A stretch of DNA of 33,186 bases from the sequence record SRR20825006_2029; one strand, written 5' to 3'. The position numbers and the translations under genes are program-made. Positions 1-9,734 of the stretch are shown piece after piece. Position 1 is the first letter of the stretch, and each line of letters starts with the position of its first letter. Under the pieces are notes generated by a model that was not told the DNA's origin, made no database searches, and was given only the letters and a program-made list of their open reading frames with translations.

Positions 1-1
1 A

Positions 2-1240
2 GGCGATTGCGGAGCCTGCACCGTCATGGTCGAGGATGAGAGCGGCAAAAAGCCGCTGAACGCCTGTATCCTGTTCCTACCTCAGCTTCACGGAAAATCC
101 GTCACCACGGTCGAAGGCCTGTCCAAAGGCGACACGCTGCACCCGGTGCAAAGCGCGATGATCGAAGAACACGGCAGCCAATGCGGCTTTTGCACCCCCG
201 GATTCATCATGTCGATGGCCACGGCCCATGCGCGCGGTGAGACCAACCACGAAGACATTCTTGCAGGCAATCTGTGTCGCTGTACCGGCTATGCGCCGAT
301 CCTGCGCGCCGCTCAAAAGGCCGAATCCGCGCCTGTGCCAGAAGGGTTTGAGCATATCCCCTTTGCCGCGCCTGCCGTGGTACAGCGCCCGGAAACGGTG
401 GACGAATTGGCCGCGCTCTACGCCCTGCGCCCCACTGCGACCTTGATTGCCGGGGCCACCGATGTCGGGCTTTGGGTGACCAAGCAGATGCGCGATTTGG
501 ACGAGGTGATTTTCCTGAACGGCGTCAGTGATCTCAAGGGCATCACCGAGACGGACGACGCGTTCGAGATCAAAGCCATGACCCCTATCGCCGATCTCAT
601 CGCCCTGTTCAAACCCTATGCGCCCTCGCTGTCGGAGATGTTCCGCCGCTTTGCCTCGACCCAAGTCCGCGCCGCCGCCACATTGGGCGGCAATATTGCC
701 AACGGATCACCGATTGGCGACAGCCCGCCACCGCTGATTGCGGCAGGCGCATCCGTGACCCTGCGCAAAGGCGAGGATCAGCGCACAATTCCGCTCGAAG
801 CCTTCTTTATCGCCTATGGCAAGCAGGACCGTCAGCCCTCTGAATTTGTCGAAAGCATCACCGTGCCAAAAACCGGACTGGCCAATCTTGCCGTTTACAA
901 GCTCTCGAAACGCTTCGACCAAGACATTTCCGCCGACTGCGGTGCATTCAATATCGCGGTTGAGGACGGGATCGTTCGCAGCGCAGTGATCGCCTTTGGC
1001 GGCATGGCCGGTACTCCTGCACGGGCCAAAACCGTTGAGGCGGCTTTGATCGGTCAGCCCTGGAGCGAGGCCACGATTGCCGCCGCCCTGCCCGCCTTTG
1101 CCAAGGATTACACCCCGATGAGCGACATGCGCGCCTCGGCCGGTTATCGCCTGACAGCAGCGCAAAACATGCTGCGTCGGCTTTATGCCGAACGCTCCGG
1201 CCTCGCCACCTCGGTCCTCTCGATCAAGGAGGGCGTGTAA
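2..1240 (+). CDS. xdhA: Xanthine dehydrogenase small (FAD/2Fe-2S) subunit, 5'-truncated by window edge
   Basis: The frame is open from base 2 (GDCGACTV, end of the first 2Fe-2S motif), so the true start is upstream of the window. Motifs: [48 protein letters not shown]. The stop overlaps the xdhB start (TAATG). Confidence 0.97.
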   Translation, partial: GDCGACTVMVEDESGKKPLNACILFLPQLHGKSVTTVEGLSKGDTLHPVQSAMIEEHGSQCGFCTPGFIMSMATAHARGETNHEDILAGNLCRCTGYAPILRAAQKAESAPVPEGFEHIPFAAPAVVQRPETVDELAALYALRPTATLIAGATDVGLWVTKQMRDLDEVIFLNGVSDLKGITETDDAFEIKAMTPIADLIALFKPYAPSLSEMFRRFASTQVRAAATLGGNIANGSPIGDSPPPLIAAGASVTLRKGEDQRTIPLEAFFIAYGKQDRQPSEFVESITVPKTGLANLAVYKLSKRFDQDISADCGAFNIAVEDGIVRSAVIAFGGMAGTPARAKTVEAALIGQPWSEATIAAALPAFAKDYTPMSDMRASAGYRLTAAQNMLRRLYAERSGLATSVLSIKEGV

Positions 1241-3642
1241 TGTCTGTTGGGTCTTCCCATCCCCATGACGCCGCCCGCCTGCATGTCACGGGTCAGGCCC
1301 GCTATATTGATGACATCCCGCTGCCCGCAGGCACGCTGCATCTGGCCTTTGGACTTTCCTCAGTGGCCCACGGGGACATCACGGCGATGGACCTGTCGCG
1401 CGTGCGCGCCGCCCCCGGTGTGGTCCGCGTTTATACAGCGGAAGATTTTGGCGATCATATCCCCGATTGTTCGCCCTCTCTGGGGGATGAACCTCTGCTC
1501 ACCGCCACCACTGTCCAATATATTGGCCAGCCGGTGTTCTTGGTGGTCGCGACCTCACATCATGCCGCGCGCAAAGCCGCCACGCTGGGCAAGATCATCT
1601 ATGATGAGAAACCCGCGCTGTTTGGCTATGACGAGGCTCTGGCGGCGGAGAGCCGGTTTGAAGATGGCCCACGCATTTACAGCTGTGGTGACGCAGCCGA
1701 GGCGATCAAATCCGCCGCTCATGTGATCGAAGGCACGCTGCACATGGGCGGCCAAGAGCATTTCTACCTCGAAAGCCAGGCCGCCGCCGCCCTGCCACAA
1801 GAGGGCGGGGATATGGTGGTCTATGCCTCAACCCAACACCCGTCCGAAATCCAACACAAGGTCGCCCATGCGCTGCATGTCCCGATGCACGCGGTGCGGG
1901 TTGAAACCCGGCGGATGGGCGGCGGGTTTGGCGGCAAGGAATCACAGGGTAACTGGCTTGCCATCGCCTGCGCCATCGCCGCGCGCGACACGGGCAAGCC
2001 CTGTAAAATGCGCTATGACCGCGATGACGACATGATCATCACTGGCAAACGCCACGATTTCCGCATCTCCTATACCTGCGGATTTGATGAACACGGTCGC
2101 ATAGAGGGCATCGAGTTTGTCCAGGTCACGCGGGCCGGATGGTCGATGGACCTGACCCTGCCCGTGGCTGATCGCGCCATGTTGCACGCGGACAACGCCT
2201 ATTTCCTGCCCAACGCGCGGATTGAAAGCCATCGGTTGAAAACCAATTCGCAATCCAACACTGCCTATCGCGGCTTTGGCGGCCCGCAGGGCGTGTTGGG
2301 GATTGAGCGTGTGGTGGATCATATCGCGCACACGTTGGGCCGTGATCCGACCGAGGTGCGGCGGCTGAATTATTATGACGAAATGGTGGTTCCGACGGCG
2401 GGCGAAGGTCTGCCGGAAGATCATGTGCTCTCGCTGGATGGCGATCCTTTGTCGCGTGGCGGTGCGGAGACGGACACCGGACATGGCGCCCATGCTGGCG
2501 GGCAACTCACGCCGCGCGGAAAGCTCACACCCTATGGTCAGGAGGTCGAGGATTTCATCCTTCATGCCATGACTGAACGGCTTTTGAAGGACGCCGATTA
2601 TGCCGCGCGCAAAAAGGCGGTGGCAAAATGGAACGCCGAGAACCCGATCATCAAAAAGGGCCTTGGGATTTCGCCGGTGAAATTCGGCATCTCCTTCACC
2701 CTCACCCACCTCAATCAGGCGGGCGCCTTGGTGCATGTCTATAATGACGGCTCGATCCATATGAACCATGGCGGCACGGAAATGGGTCAGGGCCTGTTTC
2801 TCAAAGTCGCACAGGTCGCGGCTCAGGTCTTTGGCGTCTCGGTCGAGACCGTCAAAATCACCGCCACAGACACCGGCAAAGTCCCCAACACCTCCGCCAC
2901 CGCCGCCTCGTCTGGCACCGATTTGAACGGCATGGCGGTCAAGAACGCCTGTGACGCGATCCGCACGCGGATTGAGGTGTTTATCCTTGAACGGTTTGAC
3001 GAAAGCGAGGTCACATGGGCCGAGGGACGTGTGCGCTTTGGCCCTCATGACATGGCATTCGCCGAGATCGTCAGCCTCGCCTATATGAACCGTGTCAGCC
3101 TGTCCTCGACCGGATTTTACAAAACGCCAAAGATCGAATGGGACCGGATTGCGGGCAAGGGGCGACCGTTTTTCTACTTTGCCCATGGCATTGCGATCAC
3201 AGAAGTGGCGCTCGACACGCTCACCGGCGAAAACCGCATTTTGCGCGCTGATATTTTGCATGACGCGGGCGCATCGCTCAATCCCGCAATTGACAAAGGT
3301 CAGATCGAGGGCGGCTATGTACAGGGTGCAGGATGGTTGACCACCGAGGAATTGTGGTGGGATGCCAAGGGGTTGCTGAAAACCCACGCGCCCTCCACCT
3401 ATAAAATCCCCGCCTGCTCTGACGCACCCGACGTGTTCAACGTCGCACTTTGGGAGGGGCGCAACCGAGAAGATACGATTTATCGCTCCAAAGCGGTGGG
3501 TGAGCCGCCGTTTATGTTGGGCATTTCGGCGTTCTTGGCGCTCTCGGATGCCTGCGCCGCCTGCGGGCCGAACTATCCGGCACTCAACGCCCCCGCCACC
3601 CCCGAAGAGTTGCTCAACGCCATCGTGCGAGCCCGCGGATGA
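1240..3642 (+). CDS. xdhB: Xanthine dehydrogenase molybdopterin-binding subunit
   Basis: Motifs: GGQEHFYLE, RRMGGGFGGKESQ, AYRGFGGPQG, GGTEMGQG, SATAASSG, SKAVGEPP (catalytic Glu). Translationally coupled to xdhA. Confidence 0.98.
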   Translation: MSVGSSHPHDAARLHVTGQARYIDDIPLPAGTLHLAFGLSSVAHGDITAMDLSRVRAAPGVVRVYTAEDFGDHIPDCSPSLGDEPLLTATTVQYIGQPVFLVVATSHHAARKAATLGKIIYDEKPALFGYDEALAAESRFEDGPRIYSCGDAAEAIKSAAHVIEGTLHMGGQEHFYLESQAAAALPQEGGDMVVYASTQHPSEIQHKVAHALHVPMHAVRVETRRMGGGFGGKESQGNWLAIACAIAARDTGKPCKMRYDRDDDMIITGKRHDFRISYTCGFDEHGRIEGIEFVQVTRAGWSMDLTLPVADRAMLHADNAYFLPNARIESHRLKTNSQSNTAYRGFGGPQGVLGIERVVDHIAHTLGRDPTEVRRLNYYDEMVVPTAGEGLPEDHVLSLDGDPLSRGGAETDTGHGAHAGGQLTPRGKLTPYGQEVEDFILHAMTERLLKDADYAARKKAVAKWNAENPIIKKGLGISPVKFGISFTLTHLNQAGALVHVYNDGSIHMNHGGTEMGQGLFLKVAQVAAQVFGVSVETVKITATDTGKVPNTSATAASSGTDLNGMAVKNACDAIRTRIEVFILERFDESEVTWAEGRVRFGPHDMAFAEIVSLAYMNRVSLSSTGFYKTPKIEWDRIAGKGRPFFYFAHGIAITEVALDTLTGENRILRADILHDAGASLNPAIDKGQIEGGYVQGAGWLTTEELWWDAKGLLKTHAPSTYKIPACSDAPDVFNVALWEGRNREDTIYRSKAVGEPPFMLGISAFLALSDACAACGPNYPALNAPATPEELLNAIVRARG

Positions 3643-4562
3643 GTTTTGATCGCGACGCTTTGGCCCAAGCCATCGCCCAACATGGGCGGGTGGCGCGGGT
3701 GGTTGTGGCCGAGGTCCAAGGCTCTGCCCCGCGCGAGGTTGGCGCGGCAATGTTGGTTTGGGCCACGCCGGAGGGGTTTGGCCAATCGGGCACGATTGGC
3801 GGTGGAACATTGGAATTTGAGGCCGCGAAAGCCGCGTTTTGCGCACCGCGCCTGAACCGTCTGCCACTTGGCCCCGCTATGGGGCAATGTTGCGGTGGGG
3901 CGGTGACGCTTTTGACCGAAGTCTTTGACACCGTTGAGGATATTCCACAGGACATTTATGCGCGTGGTCCCGGCGAGATGCCGTTTGCGGTCAAGAAGGT
4001 CCTCGGCTTGGCGCGCGCACAAGGGGTTTTGAAACCCGCGCGTCATGGTGACTGGATGATCGAACCGGTCCGACGTGCCACCCGCCCGCTTTGGGTCTGG
4101 GGTGCCGGTCATGTCGGTCGTGCCATCGTCAACACCCTCGCCCCCCTGCCCGATTTTGCCATCACATGGGTCGACACCGGGGCTGATCGGTTCCCCGACC
4201 ATATCCCCGAAACCGTCGATCCGCTGATCGCGGCTCATCCCGAAAACGTGGTGCATCACGCGGCCGCACATGCCGAACATCTGATTTTGACCTACTCCCA
4301 CGCGCTGGATCTGGAGCTGTGTCATCGGCTTTTGAACCATGGCTTTGGCTTTGTCGGGTTGATCGGCTCACGCACGAAATGGGCGCGATTTCGCGGACGG
4401 CTGCACGATTTAGGGCATTTAGATGGCCAAATTGACCGCATTTGCTGTCCAATTGGGCAACCGTCCTTAGGGAAACATCCACAAGCCATTGCGATTGGGG
4501 TGGCCGCAAGCCTAATCTCATCCACAGAGATCGCAGACTCTTACGGGGAACAGACAGGGTGA
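3639..4562 (+). CDS. xdhC: Xanthine dehydrogenase accessory (Moco insertion) protein
   Basis: Motifs: GSAPRE, GTIGGG.LE, LGP.MGQCCGG, GAGHVG, TYSHALD, GLIGS.TKW, CPIG. ATGA overlap with xdhB. Confidence 0.95.
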   Translation: MSFDRDALAQAIAQHGRVARVVVAEVQGSAPREVGAAMLVWATPEGFGQSGTIGGGTLEFEAAKAAFCAPRLNRLPLGPAMGQCCGGAVTLLTEVFDTVEDIPQDIYARGPGEMPFAVKKVLGLARAQGVLKPARHGDWMIEPVRRATRPLWVWGAGHVGRAIVNTLAPLPDFAITWVDTGADRFPDHIPETVDPLIAAHPENVVHHAAAHAEHLILTYSHALDLELCHRLLNHGFGFVGLIGSRTKWARFRGRLHDLGHLDGQIDRICCPIGQPSLGKHPQAIAIGVAASLISSTEIADSYGEQTG

Positions 4563-6073
4563 CAGAGCTATTGAAACTCTCGGGGCTGACGCGCCAATAT
4601 CCCGGCGTGCGCGCCAATGATGACGTGTCCTTTTCCATCGGAGCCGGTCAGGTTCACGCGCTTTTGGGCGAAAACGGTGCAGGCAAATCCACGCTGGTGA
4701 AAATGATTTACGGGCTGGAAAAACCGGATGCGGGATCAATGCAACTGCGCGGCACGCCCTATGCACCCAACAATCCACAAGCGGCGCGGGCCTCAGGCGT
4801 GGCGATGGTGTTTCAACATTTCTCGCTGTTCGAGGCGCTTAATGTGGCCGAAAACGTCGCGCTTGGGATGGAAAACCCGCCGAAAATGCACGCTTTGGCA
4901 CAGTCCATTCGCGAGGTGTCCGACGCCTACGGCTTGCCGCTCGACCCGGACCGGATTGTTGGCGATTTGTCGGCAGGCGAACGGCAACGGGTTGAGATCA
5001 TCCGCTGTCTTTTGCAAGACCCCAAACTGTTGATCATGGATGAACCGACATCGGTTTTGACCCCGCAAGAGGTTGAAATCCTGTTCAAAACCCTGCGCAA
5101 ATTGCAATCTGAAGGCACCTCGATCCTCTATATCTCCCACAAGCTTGAAGAAATTCGGGCGCTGTGTGACGGGGCAACAATCCTGCGTCTGGGCAAGGTG
5201 GTGGGAGAATGTGACCCCAAGGTCACGACCGCACGAGACATGGCCGAGATGATGGTGGGGCAGATATTGCATGTACCATCGCGCGAGGGCGGGGAAACGG
5301 GTGAGGTGTTGCTGGATGTTCAAGGGCTCGATTTTGCTCCAGCCAACCCGTTTGGCACCCGGTTGAAAAACGTGTCTCTGAGCCTGCGCGCGGGTGAGGT
5401 GCTTGGCATCGGCGGCGTGGCAGGAAACGGCCAGGACGAGCTTTTGTCGGTGCTCTCGGGCGAGGCGAAAACCAGCAAAGGTGCGATCACCTATTGCGGT
5501 CAAGACATCAGTGGCCTTGGCCCAAATGCCCGGCGTAAAATCGGCCTTTTGGCTGCGCCAGAAGAGCGCCTCGGCCATGCCGCAGCACCCAATATGAGCC
5601 TGACGGAAAACGCGGTTCTGACCGGAAATATCCGCAAGAAACTAAGCAAAAACAATTTTGTAAACTGGAAGAAAACCGAAGCGTTTGCCCGCGACATCAT
5701 CGCGAAATTCGATGTGCGCACCCCCGGCCCCGACTCGGCTGCGCGCTCATTGTCGGGGGGTAATTTGCAGAAATTCGTCATCGGCCGCGAAGTGCTCCAA
5801 GACCCGACCGTGTTGGTAGTGAACCAACCGACATGGGGCGTGGATGCGTCCGCGGCGGCGGCGATCCGGCAATCGCTTTTGGACCTCGCGGCCAAGGGCG
5901 CGGGGGTGATCGTGATCTCACAGGACCTCGATGAATTGATGGAAATTTCGGACCATTTCGCCGCCCTCAACGAAGGCAAATTGACCGCGCCCCGTGTTGC
6001 CAAAGGCCTGACCGTCGATGAGATCGGGATGATGATGGGTGGGGCACATGATTTGGAAGAGGTCGCACCATGA
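4559..6073 (+). CDS. ABC transporter ATP-binding protein, two-domain CUT2/nucleoside type
   Basis: Walker A GENGAGKS, LSAGERQ, IMDEPT, second-domain LSGGNLQK. A GTG start at 4559 overlaps the xdhC TGA (GTGA) and is preferred over the ORF-track start at 4442. Confidence 0.93.
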   Translation: MTELLKLSGLTRQYPGVRANDDVSFSIGAGQVHALLGENGAGKSTLVKMIYGLEKPDAGSMQLRGTPYAPNNPQAARASGVAMVFQHFSLFEALNVAENVALGMENPPKMHALAQSIREVSDAYGLPLDPDRIVGDLSAGERQRVEIIRCLLQDPKLLIMDEPTSVLTPQEVEILFKTLRKLQSEGTSILYISHKLEEIRALCDGATILRLGKVVGECDPKVTTARDMAEMMVGQILHVPSREGGETGEVLLDVQGLDFAPANPFGTRLKNVSLSLRAGEVLGIGGVAGNGQDELLSVLSGEAKTSKGAITYCGQDISGLGPNARRKIGLLAAPEERLGHAAAPNMSLTENAVLTGNIRKKLSKNNFVNWKKTEAFARDIIAKFDVRTPGPDSAARSLSGGNLQKFVIGREVLQDPTVLVVNQPTWGVDASAAAAIRQSLLDLAAKGAGVIVISQDLDELMEISDHFAALNEGKLTAPRVAKGLTVDEIGMMMGGAHDLEEVAP

Positions 6074-7155
6074 TCAAATTCGTCAAACGCCCCGAGCCCT
6101 CGAAAGCCTGGACCATCGCGACGCCGATTTTGGCGGTGATCCTGACCATGATCTTGGGCGGGGTTTTGTTTGCGTTGATGGGCAAAGACCCGTTTGCCGC
6201 CATTCGCACCATTTTTTGGGACCCGCTGTTCAACGACCAATTCGCCGCCTATTCGCGACCGCAACTTTTGGTCAAAGCCGCCCCGCTGATCCTGATCGCG
6301 ATCGGGTTGAGCCTTGGGTTCAAGGCCGGGATTTGGAATATCGGCGCCGAGGGGCAATATATCATGGGCGCGCTTGCGGGCGCGGCTGTGGGATTGGCGT
6401 TTTACCCGACGGACGCATGGTGGATTTTCCCTCTGATGGTGATCGCGGGGGGAATTGGCGGTTTCTTATGGGCGATGATCCCGGCGATTTTGAAGACCCG
6501 GTTCAACACCAACGAAATCCTTGTGTCCTTGATGTTGGTCTACATCGCCGAACAGCTTTTGGCCTCGGCGGCGCTGAGTTGGCTGCGCAACCCGGAGGGC
6601 AACGGCTTTCCCGGATCGCGCAACCTGAGCCAGATCCCGGCAATGTCGAACCCGGAATTGATCGCGGGCACGGGCACGCATTGGGGCGTCGTCGCAGCCT
6701 TTGCCGCCGTGGTTGCGGCCTATGTGTTGATCAACAAACATATGTTGGGATTTCAAATTCGCCTGACCGGCGAAAGCCCACGCGCGGCGCGGTTTGCAGG
6801 CGTCAAAGACAAACTTTTGGTGTTGTTTTGCCTCGGCACGGCAGGCGTGCTGTCGGGCTTGGCCGGGTTGTTTGAGGTCACCGGCCCCGCCGGGCAAATC
6901 TCCATCGACTTTGGCGCAGGCTACGGCTTCACTGCCATCATCGTCGCCTTCCTGGGGCGCTTGCACCCGGTTGGCATCCTCTTGGCGGGGCTGTTATTGG
7001 CGCTGACCTTCATCGGCGGCGAATTGGCGCAATTCATGTTGGGCCTGCCCTCTGCCTCGATCCAAGTGTTCCAAGGCATGTTGCTGATGACACTTTTGGG
7101 GATGGATATTTTCGTCAACTACCGCTTGATGGTCGTCAAAAAGGAGGCTCTGTGA
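6070..7155 (+). CDS. Nucleoside/purine ABC transporter permease 1
   Basis: Multi-TM hydrophobic protein with WNIGAEGQ, NEILVSLML, GYGFTAIIVAFLGRLHP. ATGA overlap with the ATPase. Confidence 0.93.
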   Translation: MIKFVKRPEPSKAWTIATPILAVILTMILGGVLFALMGKDPFAAIRTIFWDPLFNDQFAAYSRPQLLVKAAPLILIAIGLSLGFKAGIWNIGAEGQYIMGALAGAAVGLAFYPTDAWWIFPLMVIAGGIGGFLWAMIPAILKTRFNTNEILVSLMLVYIAEQLLASAALSWLRNPEGNGFPGSRNLSQIPAMSNPELIAGTGTHWGVVAAFAAVVAAYVLINKHMLGFQIRLTGESPRAARFAGVKDKLLVLFCLGTAGVLSGLAGLFEVTGPAGQISIDFGAGYGFTAIIVAFLGRLHPVGILLAGLLLALTFIGGELAQFMLGLPSASIQVFQGMLLMTLLGMDIFVNYRLMVVKKEAL

Positions 7156-7157
7156 TG
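7139..7157 (+). repeat. Direct repeat copy 1 (RBS + stop/start junction)
   Basis: AAAAGGAGGC-tc-TGTGATG; 17/19 identical to 7453-7471. Confidence 0.8.
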
Positions 7158-7469
7158 CCCTCTTCTCGTGTCTGGTTTTTACTTGCGGCCTTAGGGACCC
7201 TGATCCCGTGGATCTTTTTCGGAAGCTGGTTTGCAACCAACGGCTTTGCCCCGATCTCTTTCTTGCTAGACCTATTCGCCAATGGGGCCGCAGGCGGTTT
7301 TTCAGCCGACGTGCTGATCTCCATAGCTGTTTTCTGGATTTGGTCCTATTTCGATGCACGTCGTGAAGGCGTGGCACGATGGTGGCTGGTCTTGCCTGCG
7401 GGCTCCACTGTTGGGCTTTCATTGGCCCTACCGCTCTATCTTGGTTTGCGTGAAAAGGAGGCCATGTGA
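7155..7469 (+). CDS. Small membrane protein, DUF2834-like
   Basis: About 104 aa with 3 hydrophobic segments, FANGAAGGFSADVLIS and C-terminal VGLSLALPLYL.LRE, which I recall as DUF2834. AAGGAGG RBS; coupled on both sides (TGATG). Alternative GTG start at 7152. Confidence 0.8.
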   Translation: MPSSRVWFLLAALGTLIPWIFFGSWFATNGFAPISFLLDLFANGAAGGFSADVLISIAVFWIWSYFDARREGVARWWLVLPAGSTVGLSLALPLYLGLREKEAM

Positions 7470-7471
7470 TG
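7453..7471 (+). repeat. Direct repeat copy 2 (RBS + stop/start junction)
   Basis: AAAAGGAGGC-ca-TGTGATG; 17/19 identical to 7139-7157. Confidence 0.8.
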
Positions 7472-8398
7472 GATTTCGGCTCAATCAATCCCGTCGTCCT
7501 ATTGGCCTCTCTCATGGTCGCCTCAACTCCGATCCTATTGGCGGCTTTGGGCGAAATGGTGGTGGAAAAATCCGGGGTGTTGAACCTTGGGGTCGAGGGC
7601 ATGATGATCACCGGCGCGGTCTGTGGATTTATTGTGGCCGTCGAGAGCGGATCACCAACTTTGGGCTTTATCGCGGCGGCCCTTGGCGGCATGGCACTGT
7701 CGATGGTGTTTGCGCTTTTGACCCAGGTGTTTTTGACCACACAGGTGCCCGCTGGGCTTGCGCTGACCTTGATGGGCGTGGGCTTGGCCTCGCTTCTAGG
7801 ACAGAATTATCAAGGCCTTAAACCGCCTCCGGTGACCGACCTGAACATTCCCGGCCTGGATCACATCCCGGTCATTGGCCCGATCCTGTTTCAACATGAC
7901 ATGATAGTTTATGTGAGCCTCTTGTCGATTGCCGGCGTCTGGGCGTTTTTGAAATATAGCCGGGCTGGGCTGATCCTGCGCGCAGTGGGCGAAAACCATT
8001 CGGCGGCCCATGCGCTTGGCTATCCGGTGCGGATGGTGCGGATCGTCGCGATTGGATTTGGTGGCGCGATGGCCGGGCTTGGCGGCGCGTACATCAGCCT
8101 TATCCGGGTGCCGCAATGGACCGATGGGATCACCGCGGGCTATGGCTGGATCGCTTTGGCGATTGTGGTGTTTGCCAGTTGGAAAGCCTGGCGGATTTTA
8201 ATCGGCGCTTATCTTTTTGGTGGGATCACGGTGTTGCAATTGAACCTGCAAGCCGCTGGGGCGAAGGTTCCGGTGGAGCTTTTGTCGATGTCACCCTTTC
8301 TTGCGACGATTGTGGTTCTTGTTGTTATTTCCGCGCGCAGGCATGGTGCGAGCAACGCGCCCGCCATGTTGGGCCGGATTTTTCACGCCTCGCACTGA
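7469..8398 (+). CDS. Nucleoside/purine ABC transporter permease 2
   Basis: Motifs: LGEMVVEKSGVLNLGVEGMM, LRAVGEN, GYGWIALAIVVF. AAGGAGG RBS; GTG at 7466 is an alternative start. Confidence 0.93.
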   Translation: MDFGSINPVVLLASLMVASTPILLAALGEMVVEKSGVLNLGVEGMMITGAVCGFIVAVESGSPTLGFIAAALGGMALSMVFALLTQVFLTTQVPAGLALTLMGVGLASLLGQNYQGLKPPPVTDLNIPGLDHIPVIGPILFQHDMIVYVSLLSIAGVWAFLKYSRAGLILRAVGENHSAAHALGYPVRMVRIVAIGFGGAMAGLGGAYISLIRVPQWTDGITAGYGWIALAIVVFASWKAWRILIGAYLFGGITVLQLNLQAAGAKVPVELLSMSPFLATIVVLVVISARRHGASNAPAMLGRIFHASH

Positions 8399-8452
8399 GG
8401 CACAGGTTTAGCCTCCGCGTGAGGTGATTTTAAACGAACAGGGAGTTCAAAG

Positions 8453-9535
8453 ATGAAACGTAGAACCTTGCTGACCGCAGCCACTGCCTCCGTGCTGGCG
8501 CTCGGCCTTGCCGCACCGTCTTTTGCCGCAGACAAAGTCAAAGTTGGCTTTATCTATGTTGGTCCGAAAAATGATGGCGGCTGGTCGCAACACCACCACG
8601 AAGCGGCGGAGGAAATGGCCGCGCATTTTGGCGATGCGGTTGAAATCGTCGTACAAGAGTCCGTGCCAGAAGGGGCCGATTCCGAGCGGGTCTTGACGCA
8701 AATGGCGCTGTCCGGTGCCGATCTGATTTTCACCACCTCGTTCGGCTATATGGACCCGACCGTCAACGTGGCGGCGAAATTCCCGAACGTGAAATTCGAA
8801 CACGCAACCGGATATAAAACCGCGCCGAACCTCGGCGTCTACTCCGCACGTTTCTATGAAGGCCGCGCGGTTCAGGGTTATTTGGCTGGGAAAATGACCA
8901 AGTCGAACAAGGTCGGCTATATCGCCTCCTTCCCGATCCCCGAGGTTATTCGTGGCATCAATTCCGCCTATATCCATGCCAAAAAGGTGAACCCGGATGT
9001 CGAGTTTAACGTGGTCTGGGCCTACACATGGTTCGATCCGGCGAAAGAATCCGATGCGGCACAGGCCCTGATCGACCAAGGCGCGGACGTGATTTTGCAG
9101 CATACGGATTCGACCGCCCCGCAAGCCGCCGCCCAAAAGGCCGGCAATGTCTACACCTTTGGCCAAGCCGCCGACATGGCCGAATATGGCCCGATGCCGC
9201 GCATTTCCTCGATCATTGACGTCTGGGCCCCCTATTACATCGAGCGCGTTCAGGCGGTGATGGATGGCACATGGGAAACGGACAACACATGGGACGGCAT
9301 CGGCGCGGGCATGGTCGGCATTGGCGAGATTTCCTCCGCCGTTCCTGCCGACATCAAAGCCGAAGCCGAAGCCCTGCGCGACAGCATTGCAGCGGGCGAG
9401 TATCACCCGTTCACCGGGCCTCTGAACAAACAAGACGGCTCTGTCTGGCTGGCCGATGGCGAAGTGGCCGATGATGGCACGCTCGCAGGCATGAACTTTT
9501 ACGTCGAAGGCCTGAGCGGCGACATTCCGCAATAA
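8453..9535 (+). CDS. BMP-family ABC substrate-binding protein (purine/nucleoside)
   Basis: Motifs: VGFIYVGP..DGGW, FTTSFGY, FEHATGY, ARFYEGR, WFDP.KE, QHTDS. N-terminal signal peptide; GGGAG RBS. Confidence 0.95.
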   Translation: MKRRTLLTAATASVLALGLAAPSFAADKVKVGFIYVGPKNDGGWSQHHHEAAEEMAAHFGDAVEIVVQESVPEGADSERVLTQMALSGADLIFTTSFGYMDPTVNVAAKFPNVKFEHATGYKTAPNLGVYSARFYEGRAVQGYLAGKMTKSNKVGYIASFPIPEVIRGINSAYIHAKKVNPDVEFNVVWAYTWFDPAKESDAAQALIDQGADVILQHTDSTAPQAAAQKAGNVYTFGQAADMAEYGPMPRISSIIDVWAPYYIERVQAVMDGTWETDNTWDGIGAGMVGIGEISSAVPADIKAEAEALRDSIAAGEYHPFTGPLNKQDGSVWLADGEVADDGTLAGMNFYVEGLSGDIPQ

Positions 9536-9559
9536 GCCTTGCGCGATTGACGGATTATG

Positions 9560-9590
9560 GCCCGCGCCGAGAGATCGGCGCGGGCTTTTT
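9560..9590 (+). terminator. Intrinsic terminator of the xdh/ABC operon
   Basis: 11-bp stem GCCCGCGCCGA-gaga-TCGGCGCGGGC followed by TTTTT. Confidence 0.9.
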
Positions 9591-9654
9591 ATGGTAAGAT
9601 CTGCGCGAGGGGGCCCGCAAACCGCGCAAATCTCATTCAATTCCCCGAATTTGA

Positions 9655-9668
9655 TTGATGCGTATCAA
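9655..9668. promoter_or_regulatory. FNR/FnrL (Crp-Fnr family) binding site
   Basis: TTGAT-gcgt-ATCAA, a perfect TTGAT-N4-ATCAA match, in intergenic DNA 66 nt upstream of the ATG at 9735. Confidence 0.85.
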
Positions 9669-9734
9669 GGTCGCGCCACGACTCTCATGCCACTGATAGC
9701 ACCAACATAAGACCCGCGAACAAAGGAGAGTCCC

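Noticed and set aside
1942-3867. 641-aa minus-strand ORF
   Set aside because: Antisense shadow of xdhB/xdhC, typical of high-GC codon bias. No recognisable motifs.
4442-4558. N-terminal extensions in the ORF track (here the ABC ATPase; likewise 14995, 14769, 19574, 21128, 22386, 23510, 23368, 23706)
   Set aside because: They overlap neighbouring genes or promoters. Downstream starts have an RBS or translational coupling and match family N-termini.
8447-9640. 397-aa minus-strand ORF
   Set aside because: Antisense shadow of the BMP gene; it also runs through the terminator.
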